The notes under the pieces are model-generated. The model ran no database searches and was not told where the DNA came from. It saw only the letters and a list, made by a program, of their open reading frames with translations. The position numbers and the translations under genes were made by a program. 51,215 bases of DNA from contig MU271237.1 of NCBI GenBank assembly GCA_021432655.1, forward strand, positions 77,132 through 128,346, given 5' to 3'. This DNA is from Atractiella rhizophila. Lineage: Eukaryota. This document shows positions 24,785 through 36,655 of the stretch, in pieces. Every line of letters starts with the position of its first letter. The first letter of the stretch is position 1.

Positions 24785-25091
24785 TGTAAGGATCTAAGGC
24801 TAGGAGTAGTTGGTGGTCAATAATGAGCACATTAGAGAAGTATAGAGAGACATACCTAGGAGTAGTTGGTGGTCAATAATGAGCACCAACACTCCTAGGC
24901 AGAACTAAACTACATAGTGATGACTCATATGAGTCATACGAGGCAGATGACCAAAACAACACACTACAACCAACAATGCAGCCATCGCACAGCTTTCCTG
25001 CCGTCTATATCCAAAAGCCAAACTATAACCTCAGCCCACTCTCACCAATCTTCTTCCTTGCAGTCCTCCTTATGCTGTTGTAGATCTGACA
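24785..25091. mobile_element. Probable solo LTR (307 bp)
   Basis: TGTAAGGATCTA...TAGATCTGACA with imperfect terminal inverted repeats, flanked by ATGCA/ATGGA (4/5 TSD). Confidence 0.6.
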
Positions 25092-26218
25092 ATGGATTCT
25101 GAAGAAGATGTGACTCTAGTGGTTGGTGATGGTCCGGGGGAATGACTTCTTCTTGGCTGGATGGGGAAGGGTCAGAAGATGTAGGAGATGACAGTGTGAG
25201 TGAGAGCTCCTTTGATTCTAGAAGTGAAGATGGTGTGAAGGAATATTGAGATGGGGCAGGAGAGCTAGTTGAAGGGTTGGTTGAGGAAGAACAGAGTGAG
25301 GAAGAGGAGGAAATGCTTCCCTTGACAAGTAATGTCAAAAATGCTCATGCTGAAGTTGTGCAATACACTTCTGCCTTTTCTGAGATGCTGAGGAATACCT
25401 GTGATCCGAGGAAGATATCTGAGGCTGAAGAAGCTTTGTGGAAAACCTGCTTTGCTTATGATGGAAACAGTGGGCAGATCGAACGAAGGAGAAAGCCGGA
25501 GATGAGGGAGAAAGCTTGGTATGAACTTCAACTTCATCTGTATTTTATATCTGCGAACACAGTACTTACTCTGCAGGCTCATGAAGGACTCTCTTACCCT
25601 CTTGTCATATTTCAAACCTGTAGGAAGGATCCTTAATGCCGATGAAGAAAGTGACGATGCACCTGGCCATGGCCCTTCCGAACCATCTCCTTGCTCCAAC
25701 TACGTTGCCCCCCCCCCTTCTGCTGGTGTCGATTATACTCTTCCTCCCCTCAGTATATCACCACAGCAGGTGGGAGAAGCGACAGATCAACTGTCAGCAG
25801 GAATTCACAGGATTAGCAGCAGAGATCAAGAAGTTTTGGAACCGTGGCAATTTTTGTTCTTGTCTATATGCTTAAAAGGCTGCACAGCTACAAACAATAA
25901 CTCTAACTCTAGGGCACAAAGGTCATGTGATATATAGGGCAAAAGAGGTGGGGAAGCAGAAACACAAATAAAGCGATGCAAATATAGATTGAGCCCAATG
26001 AGCACATGGTCCTTGTGGTCCGGAGTGTTGATGTTGACATGATAAACGATCAACTTATTCGACAATTTGTCTTCCAACAGTAACGAATCTACCTTAGTGC
26101 TGGCTTATTGATAGAGGAGTTTTGAATTTCAGGATCATATGCACCTAGACCGATAATAATATACTATATAGACTTATGTGAAACCAAAAATTGACTATGC
26201 ATTTGCCAAAAATGAGGT

Positions 26219-26297
26219 GTGCAGTGGCTGCTGAAGGAAGGGGCAAAGGCGCTGGCAAGGGGGTGTTGCCTGAGGGACAAGGGCACAAACACAGTGT
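26219..26297 (+). mobile_element. Degenerate Helitron 3'-end-like sequence
   Basis: GCAGTGGCTGCTG...AAGGGGCAAAG..CTGGC...GACAAG aligns by eye with 39579-39661. Confidence 0.4.
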
Positions 26298-26327
26298 ATA
26301 GACAAAAAGAGTATGGATTGTTGATCC

Positions 26328-27340
26328 TCATTTGATTGCATTGGCATCTTCCAGACACAGATCCCATTCCTCATCTCTTTCCAGTGAGCCTAATATTGTC
26401 CAGGCTGCTTTGAACCTTTCATAAACTTGACCATCAATTGTATGAATGTCCTCAAAAGATTTAGGACTTGGGATCTTGTGAAGAAGCAGTGAAGATAAAA
26501 GAGCTTCCCTTGTGACAGTACAATATAATACATCCAATCAATAGCATTACCTTTCTCACCTATCTCCTAGCTCTTTGAACTACTCAGCCAGACCAACTGT
26601 CAAGGGGCTTGAGGATAGGTCCATGATCAGGAGATGTGGAAGAATCATGCCAATTGAAAAAAATTTGCTAAGCATTGTTTTCCCAACATTTCTCCATGAA
26701 AGACAATCTTCAGGTCGATCATCTTCTGCATTAAAAATAACCATCTGTTGATTTGGAAGATAAATGCTTAGTTAAATCACGGTGTTAGGGTTATAGAGAG
26801 GCTGCCAAGTAGAGTGGATATCCTACATAGACCATTTGCCACATATTCCAGAAATGACTCATGCTCCAGAAGCGAACCCTGACATATGGTTGGAGAGTGA
26901 TCATGAAGCTTGAAGCGGAAAATCTGCCAGCACGCTGTAAATAACACTACTTATTCGTTATCTTTGTAGAATGGACTGAATGAACCTCCTGAAGGACTGA
27001 CATATCGTGCTTCACCATAGAGAAGTAGTGAGAATATATCACTTCATTGATGCGACATGTAAGAATAGAACTCCATTTGGCTGACATGTTGTTCACGCTG
27101 CAATTCCTAACTCGCATGATGTCATCATTCAAGTGCTCTTGCTTGCAAGGAGGAAGATCTGCAGGTCTCAATATGGAATCTGTGGATACCATCCTTGGTC
27201 CCCATATAGAAACAGAAGAGGATAATGAAGTAGAAGATAATAAGCTCATTGACATTTTGTAAGTAGCTACCGGTTGTGGTTGCCCTGAGCTGGATGATGC
27301 TATCTCTGGCCACTCCATATTCTTTGTTGGCATCTCCTAT
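26328..27340 (-). pseudogene. Helitron D, old internal Rep fragments
   Basis: 27030-27340 aligns with 48270-48600. LLLHKIPSPKSFEDIHTIDGQVYERFKAA...EEWDLCLEDA is the typical Helitron Rep-helicase linker. Many stops and deletions. Confidence 0.85.
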
Positions 27341-28309
27341 GACTCCTCAACGACTATATCCCAACCTGTTTACAAATTTCACCCTCCCGTTCAACAGAAA
27401 AGTCCTCCTCCCAATGATTTCCGTTACTAAACCACCCCAGCTCTGATTTCAAGCAATCCTTTCTGGAACAGTTTGCGTATGATAACTTCAACAGGATTTT
27501 CAGACCTTCAATGACAACTCTTCCACCCCAAAAATTCTATCAAGGAATTTCATGATGATTCCTAAAAGAAGTCCGCAAACCATAAATTGCCTATCGGCAT
27601 AGTCACAGTGGAGGAGGTTCTGACAAGTAGATGGTAGATTAAAGTTTCAGTCATTAACGCCAGAAAGAGGTGTATGACAGTGAACTGTGGAGGACTATGA
27701 TTAGGAGGGTTCTCATGCTCTCGAGGAGCAGTCATTTCTCCATATCTTGGCTCTTCTTCACATCTGAGATCGTTGTCGACGTCTTGGAGACCAAAATATG
27801 ATGACTTATTCTCGGTGTTGCTACACCAGGGCAGTCAGCACAAAATCATCCTGCTCGAATGTCATCAAGAACGTCACCTCCCTCAGATGCTACTCAGCAG
27901 TTTTCGTTACCTTTGTAGCTGGTCTGGCGGTCCAAGGATGAGCGATTGGGTGGCGCAAAGTTGGCATGCGAGGATCTTTCGTGTTTTGATATCATGATCG
28001 ATACAATCCCTGGATACAGTTATAATCACAACATGATCGGAGAGGTCTATCGCCGTTCTCTCCATTCTTTTTGGACCTTACCGCTTGTATACTATTTGTT
28101 TTAACATCCAATGTCGAAAATATTAGGGCTAGTGTTCGAGTTGGCCGGGAGACATAGGAATCTAGCTGTGATTCCGATGAGGTTGAGGACCTGCTTGAGG
28201 GCGTCAGAACGACATCAACGGCAGTTGAGAGCCTGACCTTGCTGGTACCTATACATTTGAGAATATTTCATTGAAATATTCACAAACCTGACACAAGGAG
28301 GCGGAAAAC

Positions 28310-31300
28310 CAAGCATCCAAACATGCAAAGGTGACGGGTCCGGAACCCGTACTTCGTTCCCGTCTTTTTTGGCGTGCGTGGAACTCAGTAAACACGTCTC
28401 GAACTGTACACATTTTTGACAGGACGGGAAGACGTGCGGCAGACATGAAGGAGTGTTCCCGTCTTCGTACGCCAACATGTCTCCTAATGTGGCTCCAGAT
28501 TTCTATAGTTGTGCAATCTATGTAGGATCTTTTAGTCAACCAGGCCAGGCCAGCTGGCTCATCAAGAACAAGAAGTCAGAGGTTCCTTTGTGCACCTGGT
28601 GCCTGTCCAATGTAAGACCAGAATCTTCTTCTGAGTAGTCTCGCCTCAGTCGCTCCTGTGCTCCATTCAAAGAGTTGATCCCAAAGTGTCAATAAAAGGC
28701 ATCATGGGTGTTACAGGCACTACTTTCTCCATCATCAGCATGGTGCCATCAAAGCCAACATGCCAAATCAAAGTTGGTGGATATGGTAAAGAGGAATAAT
28801 GAAGAAGGAACGTCAATTAGCGAGAGAGAAAGAAAAAAATCAGACCATGAGATGTAAAGCCCCTCATTCTACAACCATGCGGTAGGACAGAAACTAGGTA
28901 CATTATTTCTCTCACCCTTCCTATTTAATTTTGACTCGTTGCTTAGGCTTCTTCTCGGCTTTACAAGACGTGTGAGGAGCTTAGGGAACAGCTCTCTTCT
29001 AAGGAAGAAGATAACGATTGCCCATTTCATCGCACATTCTCTGGATACCGCCCCCAATCTTCGTCTGATTCTGGTTTTCAACACGGTCTCAGGAGCCTCA
29101 AAATGCTCTGAGACAGTTTATGTGAAAGTGAGAATAAAAATGGTGTACCGTCCTATATTGTGCAAGCTCGGAAAGCTTCATTGTGCGCTGCAGCAGTCCA
29201 TTTCCACCAACTGCTGGTTGTGGATCTAGTAGTGGATGAAGCAAGAGGTGATGGAGGGCTCTTTGTGCTGTCTTCAGGAGAAGAAAACGAGATGGAAGTA
29301 AGCGATAGTAGAGAGGATGGCGAATAGGTGGAGCAAGATGAAATAGAGGTATCCAACTGTGAGCTAGCCGAGATGCTACCAGGGAAGACATTCAAGAAGT
29401 CAAAGAAACGAGTCCAGGTTCGTCCTTTATTCCATTCAAACAGCCTTGAAAAATGGGCCATGGTGATTGAATGGTCAACCTACCTCTACAATGACAGCCC
29501 TTAGTCCTAATAAGCAGCATGTTCAACGCTCAAAGGTGTGTCTCTACTACATCTCAGGTTTCCATTCTTACTTACCAGCTCATTCAGGTAACTGGCACTC
29601 GACAATGAGCCATGGTCCATTACTTTTTCAAACAGATTTCCAAGGATGAGGCGCCAAAACAAATCAAGAAAGGTCATCAGGAAGGGAGCAAATACTATGA
29701 GTGCAATCATTGTGATTTCATCTGCCGGGTAGCAAAAACAAGTCACAATAATTACTCCAGCCTGGAATGTCATCTTAGGATAGCTCAAAAATCACAGAGG
29801 GGCCTATGCCCTTTACCAGAAGTTATAGCTCATGGTGCGGAAGAAAGTAGACATCCCTCAAGAGGATATTGATAAGGCAATGGGACACATTCCTGTCCGT
29901 ATTCACCCTAGCTCTGCACTTAATGTTCACTTACTAATTGTAACTTTTATCATAGACTACACACTCAGATAAAAAGAAGGCAAAGTTACAGGCTATGCCG
30001 ATTAAGAAGATGATGAACCGACTGATGGAAGAGTACAAGAATCAGGTATGTCAATCCCTGCATGTTGATTCCTCATTTCACTGTGTAAAGACATTCGACC
30101 AAAATGTGTTTGATAATCTTCTCATCAAGTGCATCATCAGCACCGACCAGCCCTTTACAACTGACACCTCTCCCGAGTTCCTTGAACTTCTCCTTTACTT
30201 GCAGTGGACAGTCCCCATATCAAAGGATCAAGAGTTCCCAGCTCCAATCGACGGTACTGTTGAAGACGAGGACACTTTGCTCACGAGTGGCGATGAGACC
30301 ATGGAAGTGAATGAAGAAAAGAAAGGGCTCAAACTACCGAGCTGTAAAACCGTTAAGAGAAAAGTCATGTCGATGTTTAAGGATGTTAGGCGTCAGTTAG
30401 GAGAAGTGTTTCAGGTGTGTGGTTTCATCAAGTATGCGGACTCAATATCACTTTAAAGTCGCACGCACTGGAAACAAAGATCCACCTTGCTCAAGATTTA
30501 TGGACATATGATAACTGTTACTCATTCTTAGTGATTGTTGCGTCATTCATCAGTGATGACTGGGTGCTCGAAGAGGTTCTTATCGACTTCCAAGAGATTG
30601 AAGGTGCACATACAGGAGAAGCCATTGCAGATGCAATTATGAAGACGGTAGATGACTGTGGTATTGACAGGCAGGTAAGGGTCTCTCTACACTCCCTTTA
30701 CTGGCAAAGGGCTTAGCTTTCCGAACTCTTACAGCTAGAATGTATCACTGGCGATGGTGCGTCAAATAACACAACCGCTGTGGAACAGATTGGGTCCAGA
30801 TTGCTAGAGCATGGCATCCCCTTCAACACAAAAGAACGCCGCATGTTCTACTCTCCTCACGTCATTCATCTTGCAGCTTTGGAGCTTTTGAAAGTTATCG
30901 GTGCTTTCCCGGAGAAGGGGAAGTAGGATGAGGGAAAGGAATCGGCAGTCTGGCAGGAGGAAGTTACCCAGAAGATCAAGAGGGAAGGTGGAGAACTGCC
31001 ATTTGAAGACCATTCAGATATCGCGGTTCAGGTCGGAATGGTTAAGGAAACCCTTGCTAAGGTATGTCCTTCTCTTCTATTTATGTTGCTAATTAGCAGC
31101 AATAGCTTCGTTTTATTGTGAGACATCTTCGTTTGACGTTTTAACGACGAAAGGGGTGGTTCAAGATACTAGAGGAGACCCTTGACGAACTCGGAAAACT
31201 CTTGGATAAAGAACTGAAGATTCTTGTCCTCAATTGCCGCACACGCTGGTCCTCAACACACGGTATGCTTGCACTCTGCCTTCGTTATCAGGACGCAATA

Positions 31301-32588
31301 GAGAATTATGTTGACCAGTGTGGCTTAGACAGTCAACGTTTGCGGAAAGCAGAGTGGGACGGAGTTGAAGCGGTTGCAACTTGGCTTGAATCTTTTCGCA
31401 ACGCTACGATCGAGATGTCAACAACATCCTCTCCATCCTTATCATCGACACTGGGGATGTACTATGGACTTATGGGGGAAATCAAAGAGTTCATCACGAC
31501 CATGCCAAAAACTATTCCGAAGGAATTTAGAGATGGATTGGTGAATGCTCATGTGAAGCTGAGCACCTACAATGCTGTGCTAGACAATTCTCCTTATCCT
31601 TTATGGTCTGTCTGTGAGTAGTAAGTCTTGATTGGCACCGCTTCAAGTTAACTTCGTTCCACTTAGTTCTTGACCCTCATCTCAATCATCACTTCCTTGT
31701 GAATCCCATTTTCAACAAGCATAGGGACACGATTGCAGCCAGCAAAGCAGCTTTGATCGAACATTTCAAGGTCAATTATCTTCGAAAAAGCAAACCATCT
31801 TCCTCCGACAACTCTCGTTCTTCCGCACCATCGCAGCTTGACGGTACAAAAACTGTAGCAGCACTCTCGTATTCAGCGAAACTTATGCAGAAGGCTAGTC
31901 AGGGTATGAAGGCGTTTCAAGAAGATGAGGATTTGCAACCGAATATCTGGTTTAGTCTTCCTCCGCTGGACTGGATGGAGGATCCTTTGGAAATCTATCG
32001 CACAAGGTTGAAAATGGATATGAAGGAGTGGTCTCAAATGGCAAGGGATATTCTGTCCATTCCTGGTTTGGGTTTCCTTCATTTGTCTCCTTATTCAATT
32101 CTGAGGCAGATTATTCATTTTTAGGCTGTTCCGTAGCTGTGGAACACATCTCCAGCGGAGCACGAGATACAATAGGGATCCACTGCGCACGCCTCAAACC
32201 GAACACTATTCAGTCTCTCATGGTGCTTAAGGCTCAGCTACAATTGGAGAGAGATCGAAAGGCAAAGAAACTAAAGGCAGATCTGGCTGCCATTACGAAA
32301 GGAACTTCAAGTGGAGCAGGCTGAAAAGTTCTTTATACATGCATTCACATCTTGACTTCTCAGCTTCACTCAATGCGCTTTATTTTACATCATCTAGCCT
32401 AGTAATGTCAACATTGCATGTTATTACACGACGTGAGGCGTGTGCCAGCTACAAACCTGCTACCGCAACCTTTGACGTGCGACTCAGCGAATGGAACACG
32501 TCTCCCCGTACCCGCCCGCATTCACTTGACGTGACGAAGCTCACGTCGCCCCCTACACATACCACGCCACGCCACGTGTACATCCCTA
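28310..32588 (+). mobile_element. hAT transposon C, decayed (left boundary approximate)
   Basis: Right end CACGTGTACATCCCTA (revcomp TAGGGATGTACACGTG) with CACG/CGTG subterminal repeats. No clear left TIR or TSD. Confidence 0.7.
28990..32324 (+). pseudogene. hAT C transposase, paralogue of hAT B
   Basis: YYECNHC..., TDQPF, HLAQDLWT, ITGDGASNN, LNCRTRWSST, MARDILSIPG/CSVAVEHISSGARDTIG. In-frame stops (e.g. TAA 31142-31144), and CFPH is altered to YSPH. Confidence 0.9.
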
Positions 32589-33253
32589 ACATATATCTGC
32601 ACCACCTTTACAAAAACACCTTAACTACCCCAAACCTGGACAAGGTCTGCAAAGCGGTAGTGCACGGGGTCTTAAGAAACCCAACGCTCTTAATAGATGA
32701 AGGGCAATCGGATCGATGGGACGGTGATATACTATCTTGATATCGTAATGTTTTTGGAGGAGGAGGAGAGCGGATTTCCTGGGATAGCGAACCAAACACA
32801 GCCAAATCAGAGCTGCGGGAAGACGTCAGTTGGGAGATTGCCAACGATCTGTGTCCAGAGTAGAAAATTGAACGTGGCTTGAAGAAATTATTGTTAGGAA
32901 AAGTCATTTTGAACATCGTGTGATTGAGGCCATTTTATGAGTTGGAGAGCGCGGAAAGTGAGTTCAATTACCTCTCGAAAGGCCAGTATTTTCTTTGATG
33001 TTGTGCAAAAAGGCTGCGTGTAAGAGAGACAGGGTTGTGTGGTTGTCCTTGGACTGCAAAAGACGATTGAGATCTACATTCACTGGCATTGTGGACGTAG
33101 GTGGCAGAGCAGGGATTCCAAATAACCTTCACACGTATCTTGGGTGAAGGATAGACAGATAGACATGCTCTCTGTGAGCTGCATATGAGGAAGCGGAAGC
33201 AATAGCTTGTGACGAGCTTTCGAATGTGATTTCCACTTGACGATCATAAGCCT

Positions 33254-35991
33254 TTGTCTCCTTCTCTTGACCGAGCTACCACACCGACCCTTGAACAGAT
33301 TATGCTTCAAGCCAGGCACCTTCTCAAAGTGACAGAAGATGAAGATCTTCGTCCCTGCGATATTTTCTGTGGTACTTCCACCGGTGAATGGATCGTGCTT
33401 ATGCTCGGCAGGTTGGGAATGATTGCAGCGTACAAAGAGATCATGGAGAACGTATTTTTGAATAACGTCTCAAGCGCCAGCGACGAGTACGCTTACTCGG
33501 CAAAAAAACTCGAAGAAACTTTGACCGCTATCATCCAGCGACAAAACTCTAAGGAGTCTCTTCTGATGAAAGATGCTTCCTTGCAGGACAGATGTAGAAC
33601 GTTCGTGGTTTCTACTTATGAGTCCAACGTTGTCGTTTCCACAGCGATGCGTACATACGATATTCGTGCTGCTGGATCCTCACCATTTATGCCTGCCTCC
33701 GCTTATACGGTCTGGGAAGCTGCAAGGGTGACTGCCGCTGCACCTCCATTCTTCCCTCCTATCAACATAGATTCCACTGAGTACGTTTCGCTAATTCACG
33801 ACAATCCTACCGCAATAGCTGTCCATTCGACAAAGCGCATTTGGGGACACAGCTGTGAGATTGCCTGCCTTGTGTGTCTCGGCTCTGGAATTGCACCTGC
33901 CCTCAAGTTGGACAATGTTGAGCGAGCTTTGAAGGTGATAGCTGAGGATTGCACAAGGGTTGCGAACACCATGAAGATGAAAATGCAGCGATGTCAGATG
34001 GGCCACTGCTACCATCGTTTCTCAGTTGATACGTTCAGAGATTTCAGGTGGGAAGAATGGGAACGAAAGAATGAAGCTGTGGGATGCACGAAGGCTTACA
34101 TGGATGCAATGTGTTATGAAGTGCTCCTTGCTGCTCAATCGCTAGTGAAAGGTATGTTCCTCCTGGTTGCCATTGCATGCGTATGCTCACTTTCTACTTG
34201 TCAGCTTGCAACCATCGTATTGCAGTGTACAAGAAGATTCCATTACCCGCTCCCTGCGCTTGTTACGGAAGAGAAGAGGAAGTTCAGAAAGCGACCGACT
34301 TCATCGCCACCGATCAGAGGCACCTTGCCATTATCGGCTGCGCTGGTAACGGCAAAATCTACGGTCGCACTAGAAGTCTTGCATGCAGATGAAATCAGGA
34401 GAGAATTCACGACTGTGAAAGATGGGAACGAAGAAGATTTTCGTTTTTGGGGGCCGATGTGACACTTTCTCTGATTTCTCCTCGCTCTCCGCCTACCTCT
34501 GCAATGACGTTTTTGGGTTGGCTCCCCAACCTGGAGAAAATGACCTTGCCGCCGTAGCGAGATATTTCCAAGCGCACAAGTGTATCCTCTTCTTGGATAA
34601 TTTCGAGACCCTGCATGCTCGGACATGAATAACCTGCAACCATTCTTCCAATCCTTCCTTCAAGTTTCCAAAAGCTGCCCTTCTGGATCCACTCTTGTTG
34701 TAATACATCAGGGCCATCAGATCGAACGTGTCAATTTGACAAGGGTCAAGAGGTGATGATCCGTCGCTTGAGCAACGATGCTGGGTTAGACTTGTTCAAG
34801 TATATGTACACCGCTGGGAATGAAGCTCGCCTAGATCAAGAGCAACTCGTCCAGATGATTCTCACTAAGCTTGATCATCATGCACTGTCCATTAAGCTCT
34901 TTATTCTTCACGCCAATGCAGAATCAACTGCGCCGCTCGCAGTTTTGGTGCAGGAGTGGGAGGCAAAGAAGACCATCCTTCTGTAGGATGAAGATAGTGA
35001 GGAGACGCACAGTTTTGCAACGTCGATATCTTTTTCCCTCAATTCACCTCTTCTCAGAAAACATGAGGACCTTAGCGCTTTTATCCTTGCTCTCTTATCG
35101 TTGACGCCTGATGGTCTTCTTGTGGATGACATTGAAGCTATCATATGTAGTGATGCTGCTCATCATTCAGAAAAGACTTCCATACTCATCACCTCAATCT
35201 TAGCCGTCAGTCTTGCTGAAATTGCCACAGATGTCCTCATGAAATCACCAAGATTGCGCATGCTCGCGCCAATTCGCGAACACATCAACCGCTTGGTCTT
35301 GCGTCCAGTTCCACCTTTTAAAATCACTGCTTTATCGCTTGAGCCGTTGACTATGGGTCTCATCAATAAAGCTCGTAAAAATGTTCGACGATTCCAAGAT
35401 GGAGCTGACTGGATCGGACTGCGGTCGTTTCGCAACGATTATCCAAACCTTGAATATGTCCTTCTAGCTGCCTTTCAACGCCTGGATGATCGGACAACAC
35501 CATACATCTTCCTAGCAGAAACCTGGAGTTTTCTGTATCATCAAAGCCTTCTCTCCATGGCACTTTTTTAGTCCGCTTTATTCTACACCAGATCCATCTC
35601 TGTTATGTCACTGACCGCTGGATTGACGCTGGCCCTTGGATCAGCATTTCGACTGAAGGGGAGCCTACAACAGGCGCTTATCCGGTTCGAGGAGGCCAAG
35701 GAGTTGTATGTGGTTGTGGAAAATCAGCGCGGACGTGCCCGCTGCATTCGCGGCGAGGAGGAGATCGAGCAGGGTCGCGCGCATAATGAAGAAGCGTTGA
35801 AACAGTTCGAGGAGGCAAAGGAGCTGTATATGATTGTGGAAGATCAGCAGGGCCTTGCCCACTGCATTCGCGGTGTGGGGGAGATCGAGCGTTGTCATGG
35901 GCGTAACGAGGAAGTGTTGAAATGGTTCAAGGAGGCGAAGGAGTTATATATGGTTGTGGAAGATGTGGGAGGTCAACAATATGGGCATTAA
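33254..35991 (+). pseudogene. Fungal NLR-like gene: patatin-like phospholipase + P-loop NTPase (STAND) + TPR
   Basis: Patatin RPCDIFCGTSTG (GxSxG) and AAPPFF. Walker A HLAIIGCAGNGK/STVA is split by a frameshift near 34355. Walker B ILFLDNFET. C-terminal 40-aa TPRs. In-frame TAG at 34984 and 35569. Confidence 0.88.
35686..35970 (+). repeat. Highly similar 120-bp (40-aa) TPR tandem repeats, ~2.4 units
   Basis: TTCRAGGAGGCNAAGGAGYTRTATRTGRTTGTGGAA starts at 35686, 35806 and 35926. Confidence 0.9.
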
Positions 35992-36655
35992 TGCCATTGG
36001 TAACAGCGTGAATTATCCAAATGGCCAAAAGAGCGGTTGGACCAGAGAAGTGCTTGACGTGAGGTTAAGTTAAAGTAGCTCCTCTCCCCTTTAGCGGTAC
36101 TGGATTCAGTGCCTAAACCTCAGGACTGTCCTGGCGCTGGACCTACGATGAGCACTTGGTTTGTGTACGGCCGCGCCAAAGTTGCTGATAAACAGGCCCA
36201 AACATTTCCGCTAACATGCTGTCTTGTACTGAATCAGGTGTTCTCTTCCTCTCAGCAGTGAGACCAATTGCTCAGAAGCTTCGGTTGAGTTCCCTCTTTG
36301 CACTTATGAATCGGCGGTGCAGCCAAGTGTTGGTTCCATGGGATTTGACTGTGCTCGTCATTGAGGGTTGGGGTTCGCTAGTGAATGAAAGGAGATAATT
36401 AGATATTGAAAGAGTTGGACGAATAGAAACTCTCCTTGGGGGCTTTGAGGATCCAATTGGCGAAGGAACTCTCAAAGACATTTAGGACTGTTATCATTAG
36501 GGAAGGCGGTGGGGGCGTTTTGGTCAGAGAAATTCTGCAACCCTCTTAACAATGTCACGATGAGACAAGGCGGCGGTGCTTGGTGGATCAAGAAAGGAGG
36601 GCAGCAGAGTTTCCCAGTCGAAGAGTTGGATGGTGCCGTCTGGAGAAGTGACATT

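Noticed and set aside
28124..28140. TAGGGCTAG as the left TIR of hAT C
   Set aside because: It matches the right end for only about 5 bp, and there is no 8-bp TSD.
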